From positions 8,434,001 to 8,498,000 of the forward strand of contig CM075994.1 in the NCBI GenBank assembly GCA_038087875.1: a stretch of DNA of 64,000 nucleotides, in the 5' to 3' direction. The notes below the pieces were generated by a model. It did not search any database, was not told the origin of the DNA, and saw only the letters and a list, made by a program, of their open reading frames with translations. The translations under genes were made by a program, and so were the position numbers. The stretch comes from Malacoraja senta. Its lineage: Eukaryota. This document shows, one piece after another, positions 1 through 12,170 of the stretch (the first letter of the stretch is position 1; the number at the start of each line of letters is the position of its first letter).

Positions 1-534
1 CAGCGGGTGGTGGGTGTCTGGAACGCGCTTCCAGGGGTGGTGGTGGGAGATACAATAGTGGCGTTTAACAGGCTTTCAGATGGATTTGGAGGGAAATGGA
101 TCGTGCTGGCAAATATCAATAGACAATAGGTGCACGAGTAGGCCATTCGGCCCTTCGAGCCAGCACCACCATTCAATGTGATCATGGCTGATCATCCACA
201 ATCAGTACCCCGTTCCTGCCTTCTACCCATATCCCTTGACTCCGCTATCTTTAAGATATCTATCTATCTCTCTTGAAAGCATCTGGAGAACCGGCCTCCA
301 CCGCCCTCTGAGGCAGAGAATTCCACACATTCACAACTCTCTGGGTGAAAACGTTTGTCCTCATCTCAGTTCTATATGACTTACCGCTTATTCTTAAACT
401 GTGACCCCTGGTTCTGGACTCCCCCATCATTGGGAACTGTTTTGGCATCATGTTCGGCACAGACATTGCGGGCCGAAGGGCCTGTTGCTGTGCTGTATTT
501 TCCACGTTCTCTGTTTATTCTAGAACATAGAACA

Positions 535-858
535 GGGCGGCCATGGTGGCGCAGCGGTAGAGGTACTGCCTTACAGCGCTTGCAGCACCAGAGACCCGGG
601 TTCGATCCTGACTACGGGTACTTGTCTGTACGGAGTTTGGTTGTACCTTCTCCCTGTGACCCGCGTGGGTTTTCTCCGAGATCTTCGGTTTCCTCCCACA
701 CTCCAAAGACGTGCAGGTTTGTAGGTCAATTGGCTTGGTGGATCAATGTAAAAAGTGTGTGTAGGATAGTGTTAGTGTGCGGGGATCGCTGGACGGAGCG
801 GACTCGTGGGCCGAAGGGCTTGTTTCCGCATTGTATCTGCAAGCTAAACTAAACTAAA
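535..858 (+). mobile_element. tRNA-derived V-SINE (HE1-like). Further copies at approx. 5270-5565(-), 7956-8270(+), 17529-17825(+), 21430-21735(-), 22907-23201(+), 26590-26935(-), 38075-38385(+), 53270-53528(-), 53580-53855(+), 56573-56897(+)
   Basis: Pol III A box (TGGCGCAGCGG) and B box (GGTTCGATCC), V-domain-like core (GGAGTTTG..CTCCCCGTG..GGTTTCCTCCCACA), CR1-like 3' end, (CTAAA)n tail. Confidence 0.88.
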
Positions 859-977
859 CAGTACTACACAGGAACAGGACCCTCGGCCACTATATTTGTG
901 CCGAACAGGTTGCAGAGTTAAACTAATTTCACAAGTGTGGCCTGACCAATGTGTCTGTATAATTTGTCTTGTTGTAG

Positions 978-1104
978 TTATTCGAACGAATGAACACCTA
1001 CGACCTTGGCTGCAGTTTTGGTGGAGGTTCGGACAATGTGCATGTCTTCATGGATGCTGGGCTGGCTTTTATTTCCAACAACGATGCCTCAAAGCTTCGC
1101 GAAG
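978..1104 (+). CDS. C4: C4 exon (~E15), beta chain: LFERMNTYDLGCSFGGGSDNVHVFMDAGLAFISNNDASKLRE
   Basis: ttgtag|TTA acceptor, G|gtgagt donor; resembles human C4 VFEAMNSYDLGCGPGGG. Confidence 0.93.
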
Positions 1105-1370
1105 GTGAGTGGAACTTGTGGAAGGGAAGATAGACACAAACAGCTGGAGTACCTCAGCGGGACAGGCAGCATCTCTGGAGAGAGGGAATGGGCGACGTCT
1201 CGGGTCTCGACACTTCTTCAGGCTGAGAGTCAGGGCAGTGGGAAACCACAGATATAGACGGTGGAGAGATACAGAACAAGTGAATGAAAGATATGCAAAA
1301 ATGTACCTTCTAGCTTTCTTCTCCCCCCCCCCCCCCGCCACACTATCAGCCTGAAGAAGGGTCCCGCCCC

Positions 1371-1896
1371 GAAACGTCTCCTATCCATGTTCTCCAGAGA
1401 TGCGGCCTGACCCTCTGAATTACTGCAGCACTGTGAAACGTCTTCTATCCATGTTCTCCAGAGATGCGGCCTGACCCCCTGAGTTACTCCAGCACTCTGT
1501 GAGACGTCACCTATCCATGTTCTCCACAGATGTTGCCTGGCCCGTTGATTTACTCCAGCACTGTGTGAGACGTCTCCTATCCATGTTCTCCAGAGATGCT
1601 GCCTGACCCGCTGAGTTACTCCAGCACTCTGTGAGACGTCTCCTATCCATGTTCTCCAGAGATGCGGCCTGACCCCCTGAGTTACTCCAGCACTCTGTGA
1701 GACGTCTCCTATCCATGTTCTCCAGAGATGCTGCCTGACCCGCTGAGTTACTCCAGCACTCTGTGAGACGTCTCCTATCCATGTTCTCCAGAGATGCTGC
1801 CTGACCCCCTGAGTTACTGCAGCACTCTGTGACACGTCACCTATCCATGTTCTCCAGAGATGCTGCCTGACCCGTTGATTTACTCCAGCACTTTGT
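1371..1896 (+). repeat. Tandem array of about 8 x 66-bp units derived from the PLE terminal region
   Basis: Units start at 1371, 1435, 1501, 1567, 1633, 1699, 1765 and 1831 (GAGACGTCTCCTATCCATGTTCTCCAGAGATGC...CACTCTGT). Confidence 0.95.
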
Positions 1897-2945
1897 GTTC
1901 TTGTATGCATCCGAGTTACCTCGTGGTATGAATATTGATTTCCCTAACTTCAAGTAACCCTTGCTTTCCCTCTCTCTTCATCACCTCCCCCATAGCTAGG
2001 TGAAAATGAGTTACAGACAATGAGACTCAACAAGACGACTTTGAAACCAGTACAACAACTTGGTAGGGGAGGGACGGAGAGAGAGGGAAGGCAAGGGTTA
2101 CTTGAAGTTAGAGAAGTCAATGTTCATACCGCTGGGGTGTAAACTACCCAAACAAAATATGAGGTGCTGTTCCTCCAATTTGCACTGGGCCTCACTCTGA
2201 AGTGACAGTGGCTTCAATGGATGTTATAAAAGAAATGAATGAAGATGGGGGGACCTCACTGAAACTTACCGAATAGTGAAAGGCTTGGATAGAGCGGATG
2301 TCGAGAGGATCTTTCCACTAGTGGGAGAGTCTACGACTAGAGGCCACAGCCTCAGAATTAAAGGACGTTCCTTTTGGAAGGAGATGAGGAGGAATTGCTT
2401 TAGTCAGAGGGTGGTGAATCTGTGGAATTCTTTGCCACAGAAGGCCGTGGAGGCCAAGCCAGTGGATATTTTTAAGGCAGAGATAGATAGATTCTTGATT
2501 AGTACGGGTGTCAGGGGTTATGGGGAGAAGGCAGGAGAATGGTATTAGGTGGGAGAGAGATCGATCATGGTTGAGTGGCGGAGTAGACTTGGTGGGCCGA
2601 ATGGCCTAATTCTGCTCCTAATTCCACATAATAAGGTCATAAGGGACAAGGGCATAATGTCTCCAGAGCCAGCACATCCTTCCTCAGATATGGTGCCCAA
2701 ATTTGCTCACACTTTTCCAAACACGGCCTGACCAGCGCCTTGCAGAGCCTCGGCATTACACCACTGTTTGTGTATGCAAGCCCTCTCGAAATAAATGTTG
2801 ACATTGAACTCACTTACTTTCACTCTGCGATGGGCCAAATGGCCTAATTCTGCTCCTCGAGCGTCTGTGGCGCTGTAAGGCGGCAACTCCACCGCTGCGC
2901 CGCCGTGCTGCCCGCTCTAACTCACTGTTTATTGCCTCCTGACAG

Positions 2946-3014
2946 GTTTGTCCTGCAAAACACTGGGGCGGATGAAAAGATCACTTGACCTCCAAAGGCA
3001 GTACATGGGAAAAC
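2946..3014 (+). CDS. C4: C4 exon (~E16) with beta/alpha processing site: [23 protein letters not shown]
   Basis: gacag| acceptor, C|gtaaga donor, phase 1-1; RMKR is a furin-type site (human RKKR). Confidence 0.9.
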
Positions 3015-4473
3015 GTAAGAAAAAACGCGATCTCGTTTATTTGCGTCTTTGGAGTGTTTTTAAAAATATGGCAATCTGAAACTGGACTGTCATATGAGGA
3101 AAGATTGAAAAGACTCGGCTTGTATTCACTGGAGTTTAGAAGGATGAGGGGGGATCTTATAGAAACATATACAATTATAAAAGGACTGGACAAGCTAGAT
3201 GCAGGAAAAATGTTCACAATCTTGGGCCAGAACCAGGGGCCACAATCTTAGAACAAAGGGGAGGCCATTTAAGACTGAGATGAGAAATAACGTATTCACC
3301 CAGAGGGTTGTGAATTTGTGGAATTCCCTGCCACAGAGGGCAGTGGAGGCCAAATCACTGGATGGATTTAAGAGAGAGTTAGATAGAGCTCTAGGGGCTA
3401 GTGCAATCAAGGGATATGGGGAGAAGGCAGGCACTGGTTATTGATTGGGGTCGATCAGCCATGATCACAATGAATGGCAGTGCTGGCTCGAAGGGCTGAA
3501 TGGCCTCCTGCACCTATTTTCTATCTTTCTATGAAATAAAAGCAAGGGGGGTGTGGATCACATGCGGGCAAATGAATGTAGTTTAACTCAACACGGTGGC
3601 GCAGCGGTAGGGTTGATGCCTCACAGCGCTGGAGACCCTGGTTCAATCCTGACTACAGATGCTGTCTGTATGGAGTTTGCACGTTCTCCCCGTGACCTGC
3701 GTGAGTTTGCTCCGAGATCTTCGGTTTCCTCCCCCACTCCAAAGACGCAAAGGTTTGTAGCTTAATTGGCTTTGGTAAAACTGTAAACCACTGCCCTTTG
3801 TGTGAAAAGTTTTCCCCTCAGATTCCTATTAAATCTTTTCCCCTTCACCTTAAACCTATGTCCTCTGGTCCTACATTCCCCGATTCTGGGCAAGAAACTC
3901 TGTGCATCTACCCGATCTATTCCTCTCATGATTTTATACACCTTTGCAAGATCACCCCCCAGCCTCCTGCGCTCCAAGGAATAGAGACCCAGCCAACTCA
4001 ACCTCTCCCTGTAGCTCACGCCCTCTAGTCCTGGCAACATCCTCGTAAGTCTTTTCTGAATCCTTTCAAGCTTGACAATATCTTTCCTATAACATGGTCC
4101 CGAGAACTGAACGCAATAATTTAAATGCGGCCACACCACGGCCGCGCAACTTCTGTGAACACGTTTAAGAAAGAACTGCAGATGCTGGAAAAATCAAAGG
4201 CAGACAAAAATGCTGGAGAAACTCAGCGGGTGAGACATGCAACGATTGCATGAGGCTGCCTCACCCGTTGAGTTTCTCCAGCATCTTTGTCTACCTTCTG
4301 TGAACACGTGCTTTGATGCCTGCGATCCGCGGCGGGATCCATGTGTACCCGTGATAGATGTGGTCCGTGGCGTGAAGGTTGTTCTCACGCCAACCCGCGA
4401 TGTCACAGACTAAAGAAGTCCCTCCCCTCATCTCCTTCCTCCTGGCGCAAGTGAACTGTTTTTTGTATTTTAG

Positions 4474-4668
4474 TGGGCCAGTACAAGGATGAAGCCATGA
4501 TGACTTGTTGCAAGGATGGTATCAGCTTGATCCCAATGAGGAGAAGGTGTGAGGATCGGGCCAAGAAGGTGCTGGATGAGAAGTGTCGGAAGACCTTCCT
4601 TGACTGCTGCCAGTACGCGATGGAGCTGAGAAGGAACCAGACCTATGCGGCGGATACCGTGGGGAGAT
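4474..4668 (+). CDS. C4: C4 exon (~E17), C4a anaphylatoxin: LGQYKDEAMMTCCKDG...CEDRA...CRKTFLDCC...TVGR
   Basis: tttag| acceptor, T|gtaagt donor; six-Cys anaphylatoxin pattern CC-C-C-CC ending at Arg. Confidence 0.95.
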
Positions 4669-6257
4669 GTAAGTGTGGGCGCATGGAACCAGCTGCCTGA
4701 GGGAATAGTTGAGGCAGGGACAAAAACACCATTTAAAATACACCTTTTTTGTTTTGAGATACAGGTTGCGTCGGCTGGGTCTTATTCCGTGGAGCGCAGG
4801 AGGAGGATGGGCGATCTTATAGAGGTGTATAAAATCATGAGAGGAATAGATCCGGTAGACGCTCAGAGTTTCTTGCCCTGAGTAGGGGAATCGAGGACCA
4901 GAGAACATAGGTTCAAGGTGAAGGGGAAAATATTTAATAGGAATCTGAGGGGTGACTTTTTCACACAGGTGGGTGTATGGAACAAGCTGCCGGAGTAGGT
5001 AGTTGAGGCTGGGACTATCCCAAAGTTTAAGAAACATTTGGACAGGTACATGGATAGGACAGGTTTGGGGGGATATGGACCAAGAGCAGGCAGGTGGGAC
5101 ATTGTTGGCCGGTGTGGGCAAGTTGGGCTGCAGGGCCTGTTTCCACACTGTATCACTCTATGACTCTATGACCTGGTCATGTATATGGATAGGAACGATT
5201 TAGAGGGATAAAGGCCAAACACGGGCAAATGGGACTAGCTTAGATGGGGCATATATTAATTGGTATCTATTTAGTTTAGGGATACAGTGCGGAAACAGGC
5301 CCTTCGACCCACCGTGTCCGCACCGACCAGCGGTCCCCGCACACTAACGCTATCCTAAACACACGAGGGACAATTTTTACTTTTATACCAAGCCAATTGA
5401 CCAACAAACCTGCACGTCTTTGGAGTGTGGGAGGAAACCGGAGATCTCGGAGAAAACCCTACTCAGGTCAAGGGGGGAAGGTACAGACAGCGCCCGTGGT
5501 CGGGATGGAACCGGGGTCTCTGGCGCTGTGAGGCAGCAACTCTACCGCTGCGCCACCGTGCCGCCAGAAGCATGGACATCTTGGTCGGCATGGACTGGTT
5601 GGCCTGCTTCTGTGCTGTATCATCTTAGAGAGTGTAGTGCATAAATTCATGAGGAGAATATTAGATAGGGTGAAAGCGCTGTCTTTTACCCAGTAGGGGA
5701 AACATAGAAACATAGAAAATAGGTGCAGGAGGAGACCATTTGGCCCTTCAAGCCAGCACCGCCATTCATTGTGATCATGGCTAATCGCCCCAATCAATAA
5801 CCCGTGCCTGCCTTCTTGCCAATGGAGAACTAGGGGACATAGGTTTAAGGTGAGAGGGGAAAGATTTAAAGGATCCTGATGGGAAGGTTTTCACACAGAG
5901 GGTGGTGGGTGTATGGAACGAGCTGCCAGAGGAGGTAGTTGAGGCAGGTACTACAGCATAACAGCATTTAAAAGACACTTGGATATGTACATGGATAGGA
6001 CGTTTAGAGGGAAATGGGCAAAATAGAAGCAAATGGGACTAGATTTGATGGGGCATAAATTTATTGATATCCATTCAGTTTGATAGTTTCAAGGTACAGT
6101 GTGGAAACAGGCCATTCGGCCAAACATGCCCACACCAGCTAACATGTCCCAGCTACACTAATCCCACCTGCCTGCGTTTGGTCCATATCCCTCCAACGGC
6201 CACTGTAGTCAATGAAAACCAATACGGTTTAGTTTAGTTTAGTTGAGAGATAACGAA

Positions 6258-6900
6258 AGGGCCTGTCCCACTTTGACGATTTTTTCGGCGACTGCCGGTG
6301 ACTCACAGTCGTAGCAGGTCGCCGAAAAACCGGCGACTGGACCCCCCCTACGACAATGTCTACGACAACCTACCAACTAGTCGACGGCAAGCTACCGACA
6401 ACCGGCGACCCATTAGGACGTCCACATACGACCACACCTATGACAACCTACGACCAGACAGGCGACAACCTACGACAACCGAAGTCAACCTACGTCCACC
6501 CGCGACAAGCTACGACAAGCAACGACCCTGTCGGCGACAACTGAAGACAACTGAAGGCAATTCAGTCGCCGGTACCTGTCGCCGGTTGACGTAGGTAGTC
6601 GCCAATGGAATTCACCGAAGTCAGCACCCGGCGACAACTTGCGTCATCCTGGCGACAACCTGCGTCATCCTGGCGACAACCTACGACAGCGCCTACGACA
6701 GGAGAACACAAGCTACGTCAAGCCCACAGTCGCTGAAACGCTTTGAACATTTCAAAATCCAGCGGCGACAAGAAAAAGGTTACGACTCTTTAGGCGACTT
6801 GAGGAGACAACACATGACCAAACAGGCGTCACCCTGCGACCATGTGGCGACAGCCTAGTCGCGTGTAGTCGCCGAAAAAATCACCTAAGTGGGACAGGGC
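6258..6900. mobile_element. Harbinger-type MITE with internal CGACAA/TACGAC repeats
   Basis: Terminal inverted repeats AGGGCCTGTCCCACT / AGTGGGACAGG, subterminal TTTTTTCGGCGACT / AGTCGCCGAAAAAA; non-coding and CpG-rich. Confidence 0.75.
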
Positions 6901-7050
6901 GGCATGGTGGCATAGCGGTAGAGTTGCTACCTTACAGTGCTTACAGCGCCAGAGACCCAGGTTCCATCCTGACTTGTTGAGATTAATTTGAGATTAATAG
7001 AATGAAACAAGGTTGTGAATTAAAACTCAACGGTGAAATCTTATCTTCAG

Positions 7051-7165
7051 CGGCAGGGAGTAACGAAGACAATTACTTCGATGAGATGCAAGTTCAAGTG
7101 CGCAGTAACTTTCCACACAGCACACTTTGGAAAACATGCCGAGACCTGGTGAAAGGGAAAAACAG
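7051..7165 (+). CDS. C4: C4 exon (~E18), alpha' N-terminus: SAGSNEDNYFDEMQVQVRSNFPHSTLWKTCRDLVKGKN
   Basis: cttcag| acceptor, AG|gtatgg donor; VRSxFP motif; phase 1-2. Confidence 0.9.
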
Positions 7166-7661
7166 GTATGGATCATAAACTCATAAGGTCAATGGTGATC
7201 GTAGCAGAATTAGGCCATTCGGCCCATCAAGTCTACTCCACCATTCAATCATGGCTGATCTATCTCACATTCCCAACCCGATTCTCCTGCCTTCTCCCCA
7301 TAACGCCTGACACCATCACTGATCAAGACTCTATCTATCTGCCTTAAAAACATCCATTGACTTGGCCTCAATTGCCTTCTGAGGCAATGAATTCCACAGA
7401 TTCACCACACTCTGGCTAAAGAAATTCCTCCTCATCTCCTTCCTAAAGGAACGTCCTTTAATTCTGAGGCTGTGACCTCTGGTCCTAGACACTCCCACTA
7501 GTGGAAATATCTAACATCCTCTCCAAATCCACTCTATCCAGGCCTTTCACTATTCATTAAGTTTCACTGAAGTCCCTCCTCATCCATTGAAAATGTATTG
7601 CCTTCACATGTGTGTCATTCCTGATATTTAATGGTGATTTATGTTTTTTGTATGTTCCCAG

Positions 7662-7732
7662 GGTGGAAGTTATCATTCCTAGTTCCATAACTACTTGGGA
7701 AATTCAAGCTGTTGGCATGTTTAAGAATAAAG
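7662..7732 (+). CDS. C4: C4 exon (~E19): RVEVIIPSSITTWEIQAVGMFKNK
   Basis: cccag| acceptor, G|gtgaaa donor; SITTWEI family motif; phase 2-1. Confidence 0.92.
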
Positions 7733-8312
7733 GTGAAAATCTTTTGGTTTGAGATTATGAACTCGAATGAAAGACATAGCATGGAAGCAGGTCCATGCCG
7801 ATCATTGATCACACACTATGTTCTATGTTGTCCTACTTTCTCATCCACTTCCTACACACAATTTGCAGAGGGACAATTGACCTAGTCCATCGATCGGCCC
7901 GTACACTAGCTCTATCCTGCACACTAGGGACTATTTTCATTTTACAGAACCAATTCGGTGGCGCAGCGGTAGAGTTGCTGCCTTACAGCGTTTGCAGCGC
8001 CAGAGACCCGGGTTCGATCCCAACTATGGGTGCTGTCTGTACGGAGTTTGTACGTTCTCCCCGTGACCTGCATGTTTTTTCTCAGAGATCTTCGGTTTCC
8101 TCCCACGCTCCAAAGACGAACAGGCTTGAAGGTTAATTGGTTTGGTATAAGTGTAAATTACCCCTGACGTGTGTAGGATAGTGTTAATGTGCAGGGATCG
8201 CTGGTCGGCGCGGACTCGGTGGGCCGAAGGCACTCTTTCCGCCCTGCATCTCTAAACTAAACTAAACTAAATGTGCTTTTCACGGTAGCTTGGTACATGT
8301 GACAATAAACTA

Positions 8313-9889
8313 CAGTGCCCTCCATAATATTTGGGACAACGACTCATCATTTATTTATTTGCCTCTGTACTCCACAATTTGAAATTTGTAATAGAAAAAA
8401 TCACATCTGGTTAAAGTGCACATTGTCAGATTTTAATAAAATACCATTTGGTTTAAGCATGTAGAAATTACAGCAGTGTTTATACATAGTCCCCCCATTT
8501 CAGGGCACCATAATGTTTGGGACACAGCAATGTCATGTCAATGACAATAGTCATGTTTAGTATTTTGTTGCATATCCTTTGCATGCAATGACTGCTTGAA
8601 GTCTACGATTCATGGACATCACCAGTTGCTGGGTGTCTTCTCTGGTGATGCTCTGCCAGGCCTGTATTGCTTGTTTTGGGGGCTAGTTCAATTCAGTTTT
8701 CTCTTCAGCATATAAAGTGCATGCTCAATAGAGTTCAGATCAGGTGACTGACTTGGCTACTCAAGAATTTTTAATTTTTTAGCTTTGAAAAATTCCTTTG
8801 TTTGGGATCATTGTCTTGCTGTTTTGAGGCATTTGTTTGAACTTGTGCCGATAGGATGTGTCTATACACTTCAGAATTCATTATGCTACTACCATCAGCA
8901 GTTGTATCATCAATGAAGATAAGTGAGCCAGTACCTTCATCAGTCATACATGCCCAAGCCATTACACCCCCACCACTGTGTTTCACAGGTGAGGTGGTAT
9001 ACTTTGGATCTTGGGCAGTTCCTTCTCTCCTCCGTACTTTGCTCTGGCCATCACTGTGATATAAGTTAATCTTCGTCTCATCTGTCCACAAGACCTTTCT
9101 CCAGAACTGTGGTTGCTCTGTTAAGTACTTCTTGGCAGACTGTAACCTGACCATCCTATTTTTGCAGCTAACCAGTGGTTTGCATCTTGCAGTGTAGCCT
9201 CTGTATTTCTGTTCATGAAGTCTTCTGCGGACAGTGGTCATTGACAAATCCACACCTGATTCCTGAAGAGTGTTTCTGATCTGTCGGACAGGTGTTTGTG
9301 GATTTTTCTTTATTATAGAGAGAATTCTTCTGTCATCAGCTGTGGGGGTCTTCCTTGGCCTGCCAGTCCCTTTGCGATTAGTAAGCTCACCAGTGCTCTC
9401 TTTTTTCTTAATGATGTTCCAAACAGTTGATTTTGGTAAGCCTAAGGTTTGGCTGATGTCTCTGTTTTATTCTTGTTTCTCAGTCTCATGATGGCTTCTA
9501 TTACTTCCATTGGCTCAACTTTGGTCCTCATGTTGATAAACAACAACAAAAGTTTCCATAGGTGATGGAAAGACTGGATGAAAGACTAAGTGCTGAGAGC
9601 TCCCTTATACCTGCATTATTGAGGCAATTAAACACACCTGAGCAATTACAAACGCCTGTGAAGCCGTGCCCCATACATTAAGGTGCTCTGAAATGGGGGG
9701 ACTATGTATAAACACAGCTGTAATTTCTGCACGGTGAAACCAAAATGTATAAAAATGCCCTTTAATTAAATCCAACAATGTGCACTTTAACCACATGTGA
9801 TTATTTTCTATTACAAATCTCAAATTGTGGAGTACAGAGGCAAATAAATAAATGATGGGTCTTTGACCCAAACATAATGGAGGGCACTG
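8313..9889 (-). mobile_element. Tc1-family DNA transposon (IR/DR type), full length with decayed transposase
   Basis: TA|CAGTGCCCTCCAT ... ATGGAGGGCACTG ends, ~215-bp TIRs with internal direct repeats; minus-strand WTDETK, QQDNDPK and SPDLNSIE (DDE) motifs with frameshifts. Confidence 0.93.
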
Positions 9890-10187
9890 CAAACTAAGCC
9901 AAAACCATATGAAGGTAGGTAGACACAGAAGGCTGGAGTATCTCAGCTACTCTGGAGAGAAGGAATGGGTGATGTTTCGGGTCGAGACCCTTCAGACTGA
10001 GAGTCGGGGGAGAGGGAAAAGAGAGATATAGAAAGTTATATAGACAGATACAGAAGAAATGAATGATGGATATGCAAAAAAGTGACGATGATAAAGGACA
10101 CAGGCCATTGTTTACGAAGATAGATACAAAATGCTGGAGTAAGTCAGTGGGGCAGTCAGCATCTCTGGAAGAAGTAAATATTGATGT

Positions 10188-11220
10188 TAACGGGTCCCTT
10201 TCAGAATGGCAGGCAGTGACTAGTGGGGTACCGCAAGGCTCGGTGCTGGGACCGCAGCTATTTACAATATACATCAATGATTTAGATGAATGGATTAATA
10301 GTTACATTAGCAAATTTGCAGATGACACAAAGCTGGGTGGCAGTGTGAACTGTGAGGAGGATGCTATGAGAATGCAGGGTGGCTTGGACAGGTTGGGGGA
10401 GTGGGCAGATGCAGTTTAATGTGGATAAATGTGAGGTTATCCACTTTGGTGGCAAGAACATGAAGGCAGGTTATTATCTAAATGGTATCAAGTTCGGAAA
10501 AGGGGAAGTGCAACGAGATCTGGGTGTCCTTATTCATCAGTCACTGAAAGTAAGCATACAGGTACAGCAGGCAGTGAAGAAAGCTAATGGCATGTTGGCC
10601 TTCATAACAGGAGGTGTTGAGTATAGGAGCAAAGAGGTCCTTCTGCAGTTGTACAGGGCCCTAGTGAGACCACACCTGGAGTATTGTGTGCAGTTTTGGT
10701 CTCCAAATTTGAGGAAGGACATTCTTGCTATTGAGGGAGTGCAGGGTAGGTTCACGAGGTTAATTCCCGGGATGGCGGGACTGTTATGTGTTCTAAGAAT
10801 GGAGCAATTGGGTTTGTATACACTGGAATTTAGAAGGATGAGAGGAATCTTATTGAAACATATAAGATTTTTAAGGGATTGGACACGCTAGAGGCAGGAA
10901 ACATGCTCCCGGTGTTGCGGGAGTCCAGAACCAGGGGCCACAGTTTAAGAATAATGGGTAAGCCATTTAGAACGGAGATCAGGAAACCCAGAGAGTTGTG
11001 AATCTGTGAAATTCTCTGCCTCAGAAAGCAGTGGAGGCTGGTTCTCTGGATACTATCACGAGAGAGTTAGATAGAGCTCTTAAAGATAACGGAGATAAGG
11101 GATATGGCGAGAAGGCAGGAACGGGGTGCTGATTGTGGATGATCAGCCATGATCACAGTGAATGGCGGTGGTGGCCCGAAGGGCCGAATGACCAACTCCT
11201 GCACCTATTGTCTATTGTTT
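10188..11220 (+). mobile_element. CR1-clade LINE 3' fragment
   Basis: [17 protein letters not shown] and LYRALVRPHLEY motifs; TCTATTG-type tail. Confidence 0.9.
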
Positions 11221-11643
11221 ATTGTTTTGGTTCGAGACCCATCTTTTAGCAATGTGCGAGCTGAAAGTGAGTTATTGACAATGAGACTTGACAAGATGAC
11301 TTTGAAACCAGTTCAACAACTTCTGTTCAGTTTAGTTTATTGTCACGTGTACCGAGGTACAGTGAAACGCTTTTGTTGCATGCGAACCAGCCAGCAGAAA
11401 GACTACACTTGATTACAATCGAGCCATCCACAGATACATGATAAGGGGATAACGTTTAGTGCAAGGTAAAGCCAGCAAAGTCCGATCAAGGATAGTCCGA
11501 GGGTTTCCAATGAGGTAGATAGTAGTTCAGGACTGCTCTCTGGTTGTGGTAGGTCGAGACTGGGTGGGGGAGGGACAGAGAGACAAGCGATGCCAGGGTT
11601 ACGTGAAGTTAGCATTTTAATGTTAATTTTTCTTACATTAAAG

Positions 11644-11783
11644 GTTTTTGTATTGCTGAACCCAAGGCATTGAAAGTTTTCAAACCAATGTTCGTATCTC
11701 TACGATTGCCCTACTCCGTTAAGAGAAATGAACAATTAGAAGTGAGGGTTGTATTATACAATTATGCGCCGTATGATCTTAAG
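11644..11783 (+). CDS. C4: C4 exon (~E20): GFCIAEPKALKVFKPMFVSLRLPYSVKRNEQLEVRVVLYNYAPYDLK
   Basis: aaag| acceptor, AAG|gtaagg donor; LPYSVxRxEQ...LYNY motif. Confidence 0.95.
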
Positions 11784-12170
11784 GTAAGGGAGAGTCCTTG
11801 CACCACAGGCAGTTCTACTGCAACACAATATTCGTGCTCTTAAGAGAAATTAGTTACACAAAATAACATGTCGGAAGGAACTGCAGATGCCGGTTTAAAT
11901 AGCAGATAGACACAAAATGCTGGAGTAACTCAGCAGGAAAAGGCAGCATCTCTGGAGAGAAGGAATGGGTCGAGGCTCTTCTTCAGACTGAGGAAGGGAA
12001 TCCAGAAATCGGAGGTGCAAAGGGACTTGGGAGTGCTGGTGCAGGATTCCCAAAAGGTTAATCTGCAAGTTGAATCGGTAGTAAAGAAAGCAAACACATG
12101 CTAGCATTCAAATAGAGAGGGCTTGTACACAATAACAGGGATGTAATGCTGAGGCTCTATAAGGCGCTGG

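Noticed and set aside
535..620. tRNA gene-like sequences with A and B boxes (many copies)
   Set aside because: They are SINE heads that continue into the V-domain and LINE-like tail, not standalone tRNAs.
1230..1910. 226-aa repetitive ORF, or a CRISPR-like array
   Set aside because: It is a head-to-tail 66-bp tandem repeat with no unique spacers and no cas genes; the ORF arises because the unit length is a multiple of 3.
6298..6594. Thr/Asp/Arg-rich ORFs
   Set aside because: They lie in the repetitive interior of a MITE and show no recognisable domain.
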